DNA of 62,343 bases, taken from contig JAUCBJ010007599.1 of assembly GCA_032718475.1 (NCBI GenBank), forward strand, positions 1 to 62,343. Reading direction: 5' to 3'. Both the position numbers and the translations under genes were made by a program. A model generated the notes under the pieces. The model was given only the letters and a program-made list of their open reading frames with translations. It ran no database searches and was not told where the DNA came from. This document shows positions 36,261 to 49,999 of the stretch, piece after piece; the stretch's first letter is position 1; the number at the start of each line of letters is the position of its first letter. The DNA comes from Nemertoderma westbladi. Taxonomy: Eukaryota; Animalia; Xenacoelomorpha.

Positions 36261-37585
36261 GGGATAGTATTGGGCCCAGTTTCTATGTAGGTAGGGAAAG
36301 TAGTTTAGTAGAAAGGTTAGGGAATGAAACACTTATGGGGGAACGAACCATACGTAGGAGACAATATTAGGTTGGAATATATTTGGGTAGAAAGGGAAAA
36401 TGGTAGGGTAAAAGTTGTAGAAGGGGTAAGGGTTGTAGGATTGGTTGGGGCTAGTGAGGTAGTAGATATGTGTAGTAATTGTATGAGGGCTAGTGTTTCT
36501 GGGATGGTGGTTGCATTGGGGGTATATGATGGGGAACGTAGAAATAGGAAGTATGGGGAACTGGGAACAGAAGGGGGCCATTTACAGTTTGTGGGGAATG
36601 TAGGCGGTACATCAGTGGGAGTAAAGTTGCAAAATGGGCTAACGCTTGGCCATCGTACCTGTGGGATCTACTCAAAAAGTCTAGGGATGTGGGGATTTAC
36701 AAAATTATACCAGACAGTTTAATGGAATCTTGGTGGGGAGTTAGGGATCAATTTCCAAATGAGGTGCAGGAACATTTGGGGGATAGGGTCCATTTTTAGG
36801 GACATAACATTGATAAGGGATGGTTTATAAGGGAGGTGGGTACATTACAGGATAGTGCGATGGCCAATGCGTTAGATTCATTTCCATATCCAGTTGTGAA
36901 ATGTCCTCTCGGTTGCCATGAATTTATTGAACGCTGCAATTTGCAACCATTTCACAATTTTATCACCTACCGGTAGGTGGGAGAGGGTATTTTGTAAAAC
37001 TGTGGTACTGCTGTACCTTCATCAGTTGGTGATGGGTATTTACAGTTTGTAGTCAGACTTGAGAATACTTATAAATTGTTATTTTTAATGTTGAAAGAAA
37101 CTGTTGAAAGTATTTATTGAACTAGTTAAATTTGATATACTAACATCCTTGACTATAGTTAACAAGTACGATAAAATATAAGTAGTAGAAATAATAGTTA
37201 TAATAAGAAATTTAAGTAAAATTTGTTAAATCCATGTGCTATACAATGCGTAGTTAAACATTGAAACAGGGTTTTTTTTTCTAAATATGTTAGTGAAATT
37301 TATAAATAAAAATAGTGATTTCTAAATTGTTTAAACTTGTTTGGGTCAAAATCAGAAAAAGTGGCCAAAGGCAATGATCAACATAAAATACGCTCTAGCA
37401 AATTTGAACTTCACTATAACCATGGCAATGTAAATATCATTTTGTAGCCCTTTGCGGTGGTCATCTCTACTTGTATAAAAATCAAAAGTATATACCATTA
37501 CTGTGAAAAAAGGAACGTCTTCAAACGTGATATTTTCACGTTTTCTAATATGTCAAGGTCTATCTTTATTCACATTTAGTCTAGT

Positions 37586-37740
37586 CCAACCACCAAGGTT
37601 AAGGCTGAATCACCAGCCAATCGCCTCAATGGTTGGAAGGCCCACTTTGAAAAGCTCCTCAATAATGACAGGGTATATTGCCTGATAACTTTATAGAAGT
37701 AAAAGTGTCTGAGTCTGTACTCCCAGATATTCCCATTGGC
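37586..37740 (+). mobile_element. Isolated internal fragment of the RTE element at 52320-56077
   Basis: Matches about 54339-54491 with few changes; no tail. Confidence 0.88.
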
Positions 37741-40454
37741 ATACTTTACAAACAAATGCCAATACCATCAGACCATACTGTAATACTCATTAATGGCACG
37801 CTGTACCTGATGATTTAGTTTAACATGCAAGAAATAATAATTATTAAAACCATATAAAGTTTAATATATTCAAATATCCAAATCTTTCCCCATACTTTCA
37901 TTATTATTACTTACTATGGAACATAAGTTTGTCGAATTCGAATACGATATCATGCAGTATTTAAATGAATACATGTCTGTTGTAGGTACCATCAACTCAA
38001 GACAGGGGGTGGGGGGGTCATGGTTCACGTTTCATTACATACATTATTTAATTCATTACATATTGTATACTATATGCAGCTGCAGTGTTATAGATAAAAT
38101 AATAAACTACAGGCTGACAGGTACTGTACAGTATGTAACAGGCAGATTTTATGTTTTATACCAGTCAGACCGGCGCAGCATTTTGCATTGCACAGAGCCA
38201 GCGCAGGATTTTTGGCCCTTGCATGGGCATGGGTTTGCAGAGCCGACGCAGGATTTTTTGCACCCGGCGTGGTTTTGCAGAGCCGGCACAGGATGTTTTT
38301 ACACCCAGCGTGGTTTTTCTCAGAGCCAGCGCAGGATTTCTGGCACCCAGCGCTGCAGAAAATAAAACTATTCAATAGGGCCTACAATACTGCAGTACTG
38401 TAATGATTAGTACATTATTTTTTTATAATATTATTATTTCAGTATTTATTAATGTAAGTACCGGTACAGTACCGGTCTGCTGGTACCCTATATAATTAAT
38501 TCACAGGCCTACTTCAGTAGGCCTACTTAATACTAGGTAGGTATTAGGTAGGCCTATACCAACATACAGACAACAATAATAGGCCTAGTCTAGCCTAGCT
38601 AGACGGTCATGGAGGGGTTTTGGTTTCGGGGACGGCGCAGGCCTATATGGGGAGAAGGACTGGTGGACGAATTCTAAACTCCACTCCACACTCCGACCAA
38701 GAAACTGCTGCCTGCATTACAATTATTTTTCTGTCATGTTTGTGCCATTTCATCCTAAACCAATATTGAATAAGTATTAATAAGTTAAACCAACGTTCGC
38801 TGTGACCCTGTCCAATAGTGATAATTGTATTAATATAATTCAATTATTTTATTAAATTATTTTCCAATAATAGGCCTAGTTGAAATAAATGTATACATAT
38901 CCAGCACGTATTACCGGTATGGTGAAATGAAAAAAAGACATTTTAATATTGAAAAAGAACTGAAGAAGGAGCAAAACCATCAAAATTTTTATGGCAAAAT
39001 ATTTTTCTCACTTTGCATGCACTTCATGACTTTTGATCTTTTGCAAAGATTACTGAGCACTTTCAGTGTTTTTTTACACAATTCTGCGTAGGCCTACGTT
39101 TATTTCAATTCCACTCACCTTTACCAAGCACTATTGACTATTTCAAATCCGTGCACAATGTGTTGCAGTTTTTGCATTCCATTTTTAGCCTGGTATAGGC
39201 ATGCATAGACTATACTACAGTACTACATACCAGTAGTATACTAATTAAGATATAAGTAAGTTAAACCCTAGTAAATTTACATAGGCCTACCCTATGCTAT
39301 AGGTAATATGAATCCCATAACTTTCATCAATATGGTATATATCAGAAAAATTGGTATTAAAGCAAACATTGCCTCTAGAATTTTATTGCAATAAGTTATT
39401 TAAGTAGGCCTACTGGTACCAGTAGGCCTGGACTACCAGTATTAAACATTTGATATCTGAGGCATATCAGGGCATTGCATGTACTTACTAATATAAGTTA
39501 ATGCAATGTCTAGTGATGGTCCAGATAATGTTCTTCTGAATTTTGTAAAAATAATTGAAAGTCAATCCTGATTATAAAAAAGTGAGTCAGTCAATCAACC
39601 GGTTGGTTTAGTAAAAAGTTGGCAAGTTAATGCTATAATGTTATATATATACCTAAAATTCAAAAGAGATAAAACACTGATAGATAATTGATAATATAAA
39701 AAGGAAAGTACATATATATACAGTAATTATATAAAATACTACTATAAAAAAAGGAAAGTAAATTAAACTGATCAAGTAAAAACTTATCTAATATGGACTC
39801 AGACTGCTTAGTGTCACTGTCTTTAAATGGTACCGGTACTAAAATTCTCATGCCCCATCTCACATCTAGTAGCCAGTATTATTTGTCTTACAAATATGAT
39901 TATTATATTTATTACCGGTATTTACTGGGATATGGCTTCTTCAATCGCTATATAACTTTACAGTTTATAAAAGTAGAGTCCAGATATGATATAGTTTATT
40001 TTTTTTTTTAGTTTTAGAGTAAAAGAAAGGGTATTTCCGCATTTCAGCATCGGTGGCATCATTTTTTTTGCTACAAAACAGGGCTCTGTGGGAAAAGTCT
40101 TAGACATTTTTATCAAAATTCAGTTACTACACGGAAAGGACTCAGACACTTTTGCCTAAATTTCCAGTCTCTACAGGAAAATACTTATTATTTTTTGTTA
40201 AAGAAATTAGTAATATTCAACTGGCAATGATGTACATTAGGGTGAGGCTGGTGCCCCAACTTCTTCAGAATGGGCCTAGTATCAATCAAGCCTCAATGGT
40301 CAATTTAGTGGGGGTAGAAACCCTCAAAACTAAAATAGAGTGAATATATATAGGACATAACAGCAAATAATCATTTTATTTTAATTCAGCAAATCACTCA
40401 CAGCTATACTATCTATAATATAAATCATTAATGATTAGTAGTAGTAGTGTTATG

Positions 40455-41693
40455 CCAATTCAAATCAACTGCGAGGCATACAGCTCGTTCAACCTAATTG
40501 GTTCGGACCACAGAATTGTGACTGCAGAGATCAGACTCAGTTTGAGAGCCAGCAAACCCAGGACAAGCAAGCAAATCAACTATGACTGGGAGAAACTCAG
40601 AACTGACAATGCTGTAAAGGATGCTTATACAGTAGAAGTTCAAAACCGCTTTGAAGCACTTCAGTCAATGGATGAAGACCAATCCACCAATTCAATATAC
40701 CAGAATATAATAACAGCCCACAAGGAATCAGCTAAGAGGCATATCCCCCAGAAACCTAAACGAAAACAGTATGTGCCATGGCAAAAAAGGTTACTTGTAA
40801 GAGAGAAGATCTTAAGATAGCCTACAAAGTTAAAACAGAACAACCAACAACCGAAAACATTAACAAGGTTGAGAAAGCTAAGGACGATCATAAATTGGCC
40901 TACAACATCAGCCAGGAAAAGTACATACAGGATAAAACTGAAGCAATTACAACTGCTCACATACAGCAACAATCAAGACTTACCTGGCAAACTGTAAATG
41001 AGGTATCTGGTCGGAAAAGTTGTGCAAAGGGGCGCCTCAAAGCCGATAGTCCTGAAGAATGTGTTGGGAAGTGGAAAAATCACTTCAGCAACTTGCTTGG
41101 GCAGCCACCAAACATCGAGGTCAGCCCTACAAGGAAAATTTATGACAAGACACTACCTATAGAAACAGGGGACTTCACACCTGCCGAACTCCAAAGAAGC
41201 ATTAAAAGCATGTCCAATAATAAAGCGAGTGGATTAGATGAAATCCCAGCGGGGGTATGGAAAACCGGAGTGCTAAATAGACCATTATTGAATGTTTGCA
41301 ACCGGATGTTAAAAGGGGAAAAGCCACCACCAATTTGGACTAAAGGTCAACTAAAGCCTCTCCCCAAGAAAGGAGACCTCGGCATACCAACAAACTATCG
41401 TGGGATCAGACTGCTTGTGGTAGCTGCCAAAATATACAATAAAATGATTCTATATAGGATTAGGCCTCACATAGAGAAACTACTGCGTAAGAGCCAAAAC
41501 GGATTTCGACCAAGTAGATCAACAATAGCTCAGATACTTGCACTACGGAGACTGATTGAAGGAATTAAGTCAAAGAATCTCCCCGCAGTCATGACTTTTG
41601 TGGACTTCAAGAAGGCATTCGACTCCATCCATAGAGGTAAAATGCTTGAAATCCTAAGAGCTTATGGAATACCAGAAGAAATTGTTAGGATTT
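40455..41693 (+). mobile_element. RTE-group LINE fragment (APE end to RT N-terminus), second family
   Basis: SDHRIV, NRFEAL, KASGLD, PKKGDL..NYRGI, QNGFR, FVDFKKAFDS. Confidence 0.9.
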
Positions 41694-43055
41694 AATTGGA
41701 AATGAAATTTAGCCCAAATTCCAGACTTGGAGGCACTTAGGATTTGACTTGGATTTCATTAGGAATTTACTTGGAACTCGGCGCTTACTTTGATGTCTAG
41801 AAGGTGGACTGACTCAGACTATGCTTGTGCTGGTCTTCTTCTTCTCTATCCTGTCAATCATTAAGATGTATAGAATGGACTAGACTCAGCCTAAAGTTTG
41901 CGTAGTGTTCAGTTCATTACATTGAGGTATGGATATCGATGGAAGATTACACTCCTCCTACTGTACCTTGTATTGCCAGCCTCTGACGTAAATAATATTT
42001 AAAATATAAACTCTAATAGATGAAATCCACACACATCCGCACATAGTTAACGTCCGTGGGCTGGTGGGCTCTGGAATAATTTAAAATCGTATTGAACTTA
42101 CAAATAAATGTAGGATCACACACTGTATTTATTACTATTGAACATATTTTGAGTAATAAAGAGTAAAAGTGTAATTATTAATAGAATAAATATTAGTTTA
42201 TTTTCATTTATTAGTTTAATTAATAATTAGACAGGGGCTAAAACTGGGCGACTAAATAAATGTATGTTATCCACGGGAAATTTTAATTTCCTAAACACAT
42301 TGACATTCTGCTTACTATACAAACACTGCTTGCTGTAAGGGGAGTACAGTACAGGGGTAGATAATTGGGTGTTCAATTATTATTATAGTCTTAAAAATAA
42401 ATATGGGCTATTAATTATTAGCAGCCCTCTTACTGCCTAACACGCTGTATCTCATTGTGTAGTTAAATATCCGTTCGGCCAATAGTAAGTCATTGATTAG
42501 TCCCCAAGGATGGCTAGGGACTATAGCCCCCCCCCCCCCCCCCCCTCCCTTCCCGACATAGATAAACTGTAATATTGAATGCTATATTTTACTGAAACAA
42601 ACAAGTTCCAATAATTTAAATAAAATTATTAAAAGTTTGACGTCCGAATAAAATCAGATTACGCCTTAGCAGCCCAACTACTTGTTGAGGCTCACGCAAC
42701 GTGTTGGCGGACCTATTTTAAACGAGCCGCGATACCTTTACCGTATGGTAGTTAATGTATCCAGATGTTGAGTTAAAGCCAGTAGTGTGTTAACATTAGC
42801 CTATGGGGAGTATCGTTGTTGTAAGATAGGTCAGGGGAAGGGAAATACAACTCAACCACTAGACAAAGCGGCTCTCTTTACTACTTTCAGCTATCCCGGG
42901 AGGTTGATTGACAGACACTTCTAGCTTTGATATTTAGCCGCTCTAGGTATACTTACATTAGGCAAATTCCAAGTGATTTCCTAAAGGTTATTTATTTCCT
43001 ATTAGGTTCCTATTAGGATCCAATAGGACGTTATTTGAAAGCGTTACTGTACAAT

Positions 43056-43830
43056 TATTTATTATTATTATTATTTCTTTTTAATCCAGGCCTGGAGGCC
43101 CATAATTAACATAAATTACAAATTACAATAATATAATTATTAGATCACAGCACAATTTAATAGTAAAATATACGTATAATGAATAGAGTCTATTTCAAAG
43201 TTCTAAAAATCCATATTTATCATTTCACGTATTCTGCTTGAAGGGGCTGTCACTTCCGATATTGTTTGCACTAAAATATTTGTAGAACTTTCGATGCGTG
43301 ACCATAGTGATCGAATTGCGTTATACTGTACGTGAATGAATTTGCACAAGTTAAGCTCGCCAAACATTAGCGATACACTGCAGTCATATTTATACCCAAA
43401 TAATTTCCTAGCTATATTGTTATAACCCACTCTAAATTTGTTGTATAATCTTGCGTCAAAATTGCGGCGAGCCCATAATGAGTTACAATAGAATTGTGAA
43501 CAGAAAGCTAAAAATAGTTTCCGTTTTACATTAATCGAGCAGACACCAAATTTCCTAATTAACATATTGCCACGTCTATAAAGTGCATGTAACTGATTGA
43601 TAATGTCATGCCCGTCATCTGTGGAAGCATGAATAATATGGCCTAGATACTTAAATTGATCTACTTGTTCTAACATAACACCATTTATATTAAATTTTGT
43701 TGTTACAATAGTTGTATTCGATTTCGGCACAAAACACATTAATTTGGACTTTTTCACGTTAATCTTGATTGAATGTAATTTTGTATAGTCCTCAAATATA
43801 CGTAATAGCTTATTCATGCCATATGCGGAG
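43056..43830 (-). mobile_element. LINE 3' fragment (RT C-terminus, RTEX-like) with (TAA)n tail
   Basis: INVKKSK, FKYLGH, N.L.RKF..CS..VK.KLF, YNN.ARKL. Confidence 0.72.
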
Positions 43831-43834
43831 TTTG

Positions 43835-44111
43835 ATCTGATCCTGTATCAACCACCCTACGTGAACGCAGATTAAGATTCAGTGGGCACTGCTGGCGAAG
43901 TAAAGACGAGGTCATACCAGATCTACTTTTCTGGCAACCAACTCATGGAAAGCGTAGTCGTGGACGACCTGCCATAACATATATAGATCAACTTGAAAGG
44001 GATTCTGAACTTGGGAGAAACGAAATTGCGACAACTATGGAGAATCGGGAAGCCTGGAAGGATCTCATTTCCACTGTCCGAGTTCGCTCGACCTAGTAGT
44101 AGTAGTAGTAT
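43835..44111 (+). mobile_element. RTE-group LINE 3' end with (TAG)n tail
   Basis: Reads RERRLRFSGHCWRS..LLFWQPTHG.R.RGRP..TYIDQL; ends TAGTAGTAGTAGTAG. Confidence 0.85.
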
Positions 44112-45055
44112 CAATGTTTATGTCCCACATTAATGTTTGTGTCCTGCATCAATGTTTATGTCCCACATTAATGTTTGTCCTCCTGATTAATGTTTGTCCC
44201 ACATTAATGTTTGTGGCGCTGATAAATATCTGTCCCTCATTTAATGTTTGTATCCAAGTTGCTATAAGTTACTCTAGGTTGCCGGACGTTTTGGACAATT
44301 TGGTCAGCAACTAGCAACATAATTTGAGTAACATTAACTCTTAGTCTCCGTTATATGAGGCATCTTTTACAGCAACAAACTTCGCGTTTACATAGAGCAA
44401 CTTGATCGGCAACCTGACATGCTCGATAAGTTGCTGATAGAGTTGCTCAAAATGTTGCCACGTACTGTAGAAAAAACAGGTCTTTAATTATTCGTCATGA
44501 CGTACTGTAAGTGAACTTTACTTTAACTTTAACGTAGCTGTAACCCTGTAGCTAGACTTTGTTCTTACTGTAGAGTACCACCCATGGCTATATTTTGTAC
44601 TTAGAGTTGAGCTTTCTTGAATCTAAATTTTGTTCTTATAGTTCTGCATTTGGCTACATTTTGTTCAATTTGTATTGATACATGAAACTACAGTCCCGTA
44701 CTTATTTTAGAAGCAATTAATACCAAAATATCAAAAACTTATGGAACAATTTAGAATTTTGAATTCAAAAATTTCCAACATGTGCGCAAGTGTGTTAGCT
44801 ATATTGTATGTGATAATTTGTTATTATTGCGTTTACAGTTAATACTAACACCTGATTATGTGCTAGTTAACATGTTAGATAGCACGTATTAGCTAATAAC
44901 AAAATGCGCACATGTATTACGTCCGCACTACGCAATAAATAATTAAGGACGCACGATACGCCTTGGCTATTTTATTTGATATATTTTGCGTGTTTTTTGT
45001 AACAATTCGGACTTATGGTGTTTTGCCCAATTGAGGATACCTTGTTTTCTAGGCA

Positions 45056-45475
45056 ATACCCCGCAACTATCGTATAGTTACGGGATAATACCAGAAAATG
45101 GTGTTCCCCTTTGTTTTGGCAAAACACCGTAAGTCAGAATTTTTACAAAAAAACCGCAATATATTTCAAAGGTAAGTCTAAATCAAATTGAAAGTTTAGT
45201 TATATGAATTCTATATACATTTAGTTATCAAAAAACACAATAACAAGTAAACTGAGGCATCTCTCTAAAAAATAAACAGTTTTTATAAATAGACAGTTTT
45301 TTCAGAACTACAAAAATCGACTTAGGGGGTTCTGCCTTGAAGGTGACGAATTGACACCGACATTGCCAACCATAAAAATGAGTTTGAAATGTTGTTTGGC
45401 AAGTGAATTGCATGGGGTTGTTCACCGAAACCATGCATATTGGAATGGCATAGGGGTAAAGTTAATGGCCAGTGT
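45056..45475. repeat. 420-bp direct duplicate of 46380-46799
   Basis: Identical apart from two substitutions seen. Confidence 0.93.
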
Positions 45476-46378
45476 TACACCCATTTCCTCTGGTTGATCG
45501 CGTAACAAGCCGAAAAATATTATTAGCACTGAGGGGACTCAGACCGTTTATTAGTTTGAACATTTCGACTAAGTCATTGAATATTCTGCGATATTCCAGG
45601 GGCTTAGCATCGAACCTTGCTAGTCTGTCGGCATAGCCTGATAGCTGAGACCAAACATACCAGGAAGGTAACGGATGAAAGATCGCTGAGAACATTCTAG
45701 AATGTCTATATCTTTAACGAGACTAGGGCACCATATCGAACTATTGTGTTCAATTATAGGTCTGGCGTAAGTACAGTATAACCCCCATTGGAATGTGGCA
45801 TCACGGTGACCGAACGCTCTATGGATCTGACAGCAGGTGTTTCTTGCTTTGGCTGTAATTTGAGCAACATGTTCACTGAAACGAAGGTCAGGGGAAATAA
45901 TTATTCCAAGGTCTCTGGCTTCTTTCGAATTGGCTAGTTCTGTATCACCCATATAGTAGCTCCTTATTGTATGTACTTGTGGGGCTTGTCTGCTTGTAGT
46001 TGAACAACACTGCATTTTTTAATGTTAAAATTCATTTGCCACTGTGAGGACCATGAAACCAAGGAGTCTATATCTTGTTGAAGTGCTAATGAGTCTGTTG
46101 GGGAATATATTGGACGATACAATTTAGTGTCATCTGCATACATCTTGATAAAGGTGTTGGTAGATATTGACTCAACGATGTCATTTATAAAGACAATAAA
46201 TAATAATGGTGCAATAACGCTCCCTTGTGGAACACCACTGGTAACACGAACGGGGGAGGATAGAGACCCTTATCTCTATCCTCCCCCGTTCGTGTTACCA
46301 GTGGTGTTCCACAAGGGAGCGTTATTGCACCATTATTATTTATTGTCTTTATAAATGACATCGTTGAGTCAATATCTA
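45476..46378 (-). mobile_element. CR1-type LINE RT fragment ending in a perfect 106-bp-arm foldback
   Basis: SGVPQG, MYADD, DLGIII..LRFSEH, ARPIIE..WCP; arms 46161-46266 and 46273-46378. Confidence 0.88.
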
Positions 46379-47399
46379 GATACCCCGCAACTATCGTATA
46401 GTTACGGGATAATACCAGAAAATGGTGTTCCCCTTTGTTTTGGCAAAACACCGTAAGTCAGAATTTTTACAAAAAAACCACAATATATTTCAAAGGTAAG
46501 TCTAAATCAAATTGAAAGTTTAGTTATATGAATTCTATATACATTTAGTTATCAAAAAACACAATAACAAGTAAACTGAGGCATCTCTCTAAAAAATAAA
46601 CAGTTTTTATAAATAGACAGTATTTTCAGAACTACAAAAATCGACTTAGGGGGTTCTGCCTTGAAGGTGACGAATTGACACCGACATTGCCAACCATAAA
46701 AATGAGTTTGAAATGTTGTTTGGCAAGTGAATTGCATGGGGTTGTTCACCGAAACCATGCATATTGGAATGGCATAGGGGTAAAGTTAATGGCCAGTGTG
46801 GTTGGATACGATGCACTTGCGGTGTTTGTTGACCATTGGTTTGTGGAGGTGGAGGTGTTTCGGTGTTGTCTTTACTCTTTAGCACCCATTTAAACCAAAG
46901 GGCAACGCTATCCCTGAAGGAAACCGACATGGTATTGTTTATACAACTATTGTACTCATCATAAGTGACGCCGCTTTCCATGGCTAATAACTGGACTGCA
47001 GTTTTCTGATTAATTACCGAACATGTTAGCAAGGTTTTGTACCAGTGCTCTACAATCAAATCGACGTATAAGTTGCAGGGCCTCTGATCGAGAAAGCATG
47101 TCTGATGTTATATCAAACCTCCACCCTCTGGTGATAGTAAAACTGGGTAAACCGCTATAAGAACCATGAACTTTCATCATCTGGTATGTAATTACATAAT
47201 TTCACAGGATTTCCACCAATCAGGAATATAATTTTACATATTGATATCCTCACATACAGGATCCGATTCGGGTGCTGGTAGCGCTCCTACCAGTACATCC
47301 ATTTCCACGATCACAACTACACCAACTTCAACCGGATCTCGCAAACACCTTAACCCTATTCAACCTGGCTAATCTATCCGAGATTATTATTTAAGATGC

Positions 47400-49544
47400 G
47401 TCTCAAGAAAGTCATAGGCTGTCCACCATGCTTATTCACTCCATGAGGCTGCCAAAGTACAAGATTATGCACTGGCTGGTCCTCACGGCGAAAGCAATGT
47501 CCGCGTTTGATGTCGTGTTGATAAGGTTTTAACTATATTCTTAAAATTACACACAACTGAAGCTGTTTTCTTAAGCGGGGCGTGCTTTGCCTCACATCTC
47601 ATGGACCACATTCCTAGAAGAGGGCATGCCTGAATAATTGCTGTAGGGTAGTGAATCAAATTATGAAATTTAAATTAAACGATCAGGGTTGAATGTACGT
47701 ACATATATTTCAAGAAATTCACAAATTAATACAGAAAATAATGATATTTCACTTTGGTTAAAATTCGGTGCCATACTAAAAATAACAATTTCTCTAAGTT
47801 TCAACAACATCTTCCATACAGGATCATTAACAGCTACAAAATCACCAACTAGTAATGGCAAACCAAGTGTAAAATTAAGCATTTGAACCGCAGATAAATT
47901 AATGTGTTTACTTCGTAGTTTTCCTTCTTGAAAAAATGGCACAGAGGAAGAATGTTCGAACGCAAAAGATTTACATTGTCGGTTTAAATCATTCACTGAG
48001 AACATTTTATCAACAAATATAAATTTGAATAGGGCTGCGGAAATGACATAAATGCATACACCTTCAAATAGGTCATGCATAATGTCAAATGTGGAATTTT
48101 AAGACACATGATATGAAGGCAGTTGGTTGAAAATAGAAAATTATTTTATACCTGTTGATGATGGATCGTTACCTTGTATATCACTGTCATAATCAGAGTA
48201 TTTTCTCAAAATTCCTTTATCTTCTGTCCACATATTTATAAAATTATTTCTGTGGCATTTACAGTACTGACAGGGAAAGTTTCCCATAAATCCTGAAATA
48301 TATCCTAGTAATGCATTAAGGTCTAGGTTAACACCATGTAATTGGGAAATTACAATTCGTACGTTATAATTTATACCATTATAAGTAATATCAATTCCAT
48401 CAATTTCCAACTTACATAGATTATCAATTAAAATTTGAAAAACATTATTACCAAATTGAGCTCTGTCTGAAGCACTGTGCATAAAGGAAAGAAATAAATT
48501 AGACAGTTTACTATTAATACGAGGAGGAATACCTTTTAAAGTAATATAAGAATTGCCCACTTTATGAATATTTGCCTTAGATCCTAATGGGTTACAAACC
48601 TCAAAATCATGGTGATATAAAAAAGCAGGAATTACTATGCAGTTCTTATCGTCCTTATATTTCAACCTAGTTTCGTTTGATTTCCAAATAAGTCCATCTT
48701 TAAAATCACAAATCATATCGGATTCTGTGGTAGAAGATAAATATTCGATAATGGTATTAAAAACATTTGGCAAAGATAAAAACTTTCTAAAAAGGGATTC
48801 TAAGGGTATGTAATTACAGGATAAGAGCTTTGTTTTATATACTAGATTACTTGGTTGACCTTGACCTACATGGTGTGCATCCATAGTCTGCGCAACAGGA
48901 AATGATTTGGGTGGGATGTATGCTCCAATCTGCTCAAGAACTTTGAGTTGCATATACTCTGATTTAATGCCTTTAAAGGGATCTGAGTAGATTTTCAGCG
49001 CATCCTGTAATACAGAGAGTTCCGCCGAATAAGATTCCATATTTGATTCCAAAATATAATTTAAAGCATTACTAATAAGTTTAAATGGTTGCATAAAATA
49101 GGTATCAATCTCAGATATCAAGTTTTGAGTGACACTCCAAGGCACAGCTGCATTCCCTCTTAATTTTGAAATGAAACGCAACCCAATGCTACTTATTTGC
49201 ATACCATTAAAATTAATTATTCCATTTGACATTAATAGTTTGATTTCTTCTAAATGATTGTCATTACCCGCAATATTAGAATTATCATTATCTGTTTCAT
49301 GGCATTCACTTCCACTCACAGATTCACTGGCAATTGATTGCTCTACATCTAGTGATAGACCCAGAATATGTTTGTTTTTAATATGATCTTCCAAAGATTC
49401 AAATTTAAAGTAGTTTATGCAACATCCATCCTGTCCACAAAGTAGTCGCTCTCCTCGCACTTTTTTGAAATGTACAAATCTGAGATGATTTCGATATAAT
49501 TGAAATGAACTAATTTTCACTTTGCAGTATGGACACATCACCAT
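47400..49544 (-). pseudogene. EnSpm/CACTA (CMC)-like transposase, animal type, disrupted
   Basis: Two N-terminal C2H2 fingers; DFKDG; DFEVCNPLGS..HK; FPCQYC; HDLFEG; KFHNLIHY..WSMRCEAKH. Confidence 0.8.
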
Positions 49545-49999
49545 GATTATAGAAATGACCAGAATAAAGTTACCACGAACAATATATATGATATAGCAAA
49601 TAATGCTGTGAACTGAGACTGAACTGAATTCGGAACTGAAATTAACTGAAGGTGTTTTATAATAATATTAGTGCTTATCAATAATTGAAGCTAAGTAGAG
49701 AAATAAAAAAAACAAATGAGGTAGATAACTTACAGAAAAGTTTCAATTCACAACACGAATTTAGATAGGCCTAATATAAAACATATCAGAGTGAGCAGTA
49801 ACAATCAACAATTGACAAAAGAAAACAAAAAAACATTCGCGAAGTACAAAATGATATATTGATAATGGCAGTGAATAAAAATCAAATTAAATCATTGCAA
49901 ACTTAATGTACAAACACATATGTCTTTGTGTATGTTTAAATACTAGTATATAGTCATATATTATATCCCATTATGACAGGTACGAACAGTCAAACATTA

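Noticed and set aside
41700-41990. Penelope pLTR or hammerhead remnant (GCCTCTGACG)
   Set aside because: No GAAA core or stems follow; too little evidence
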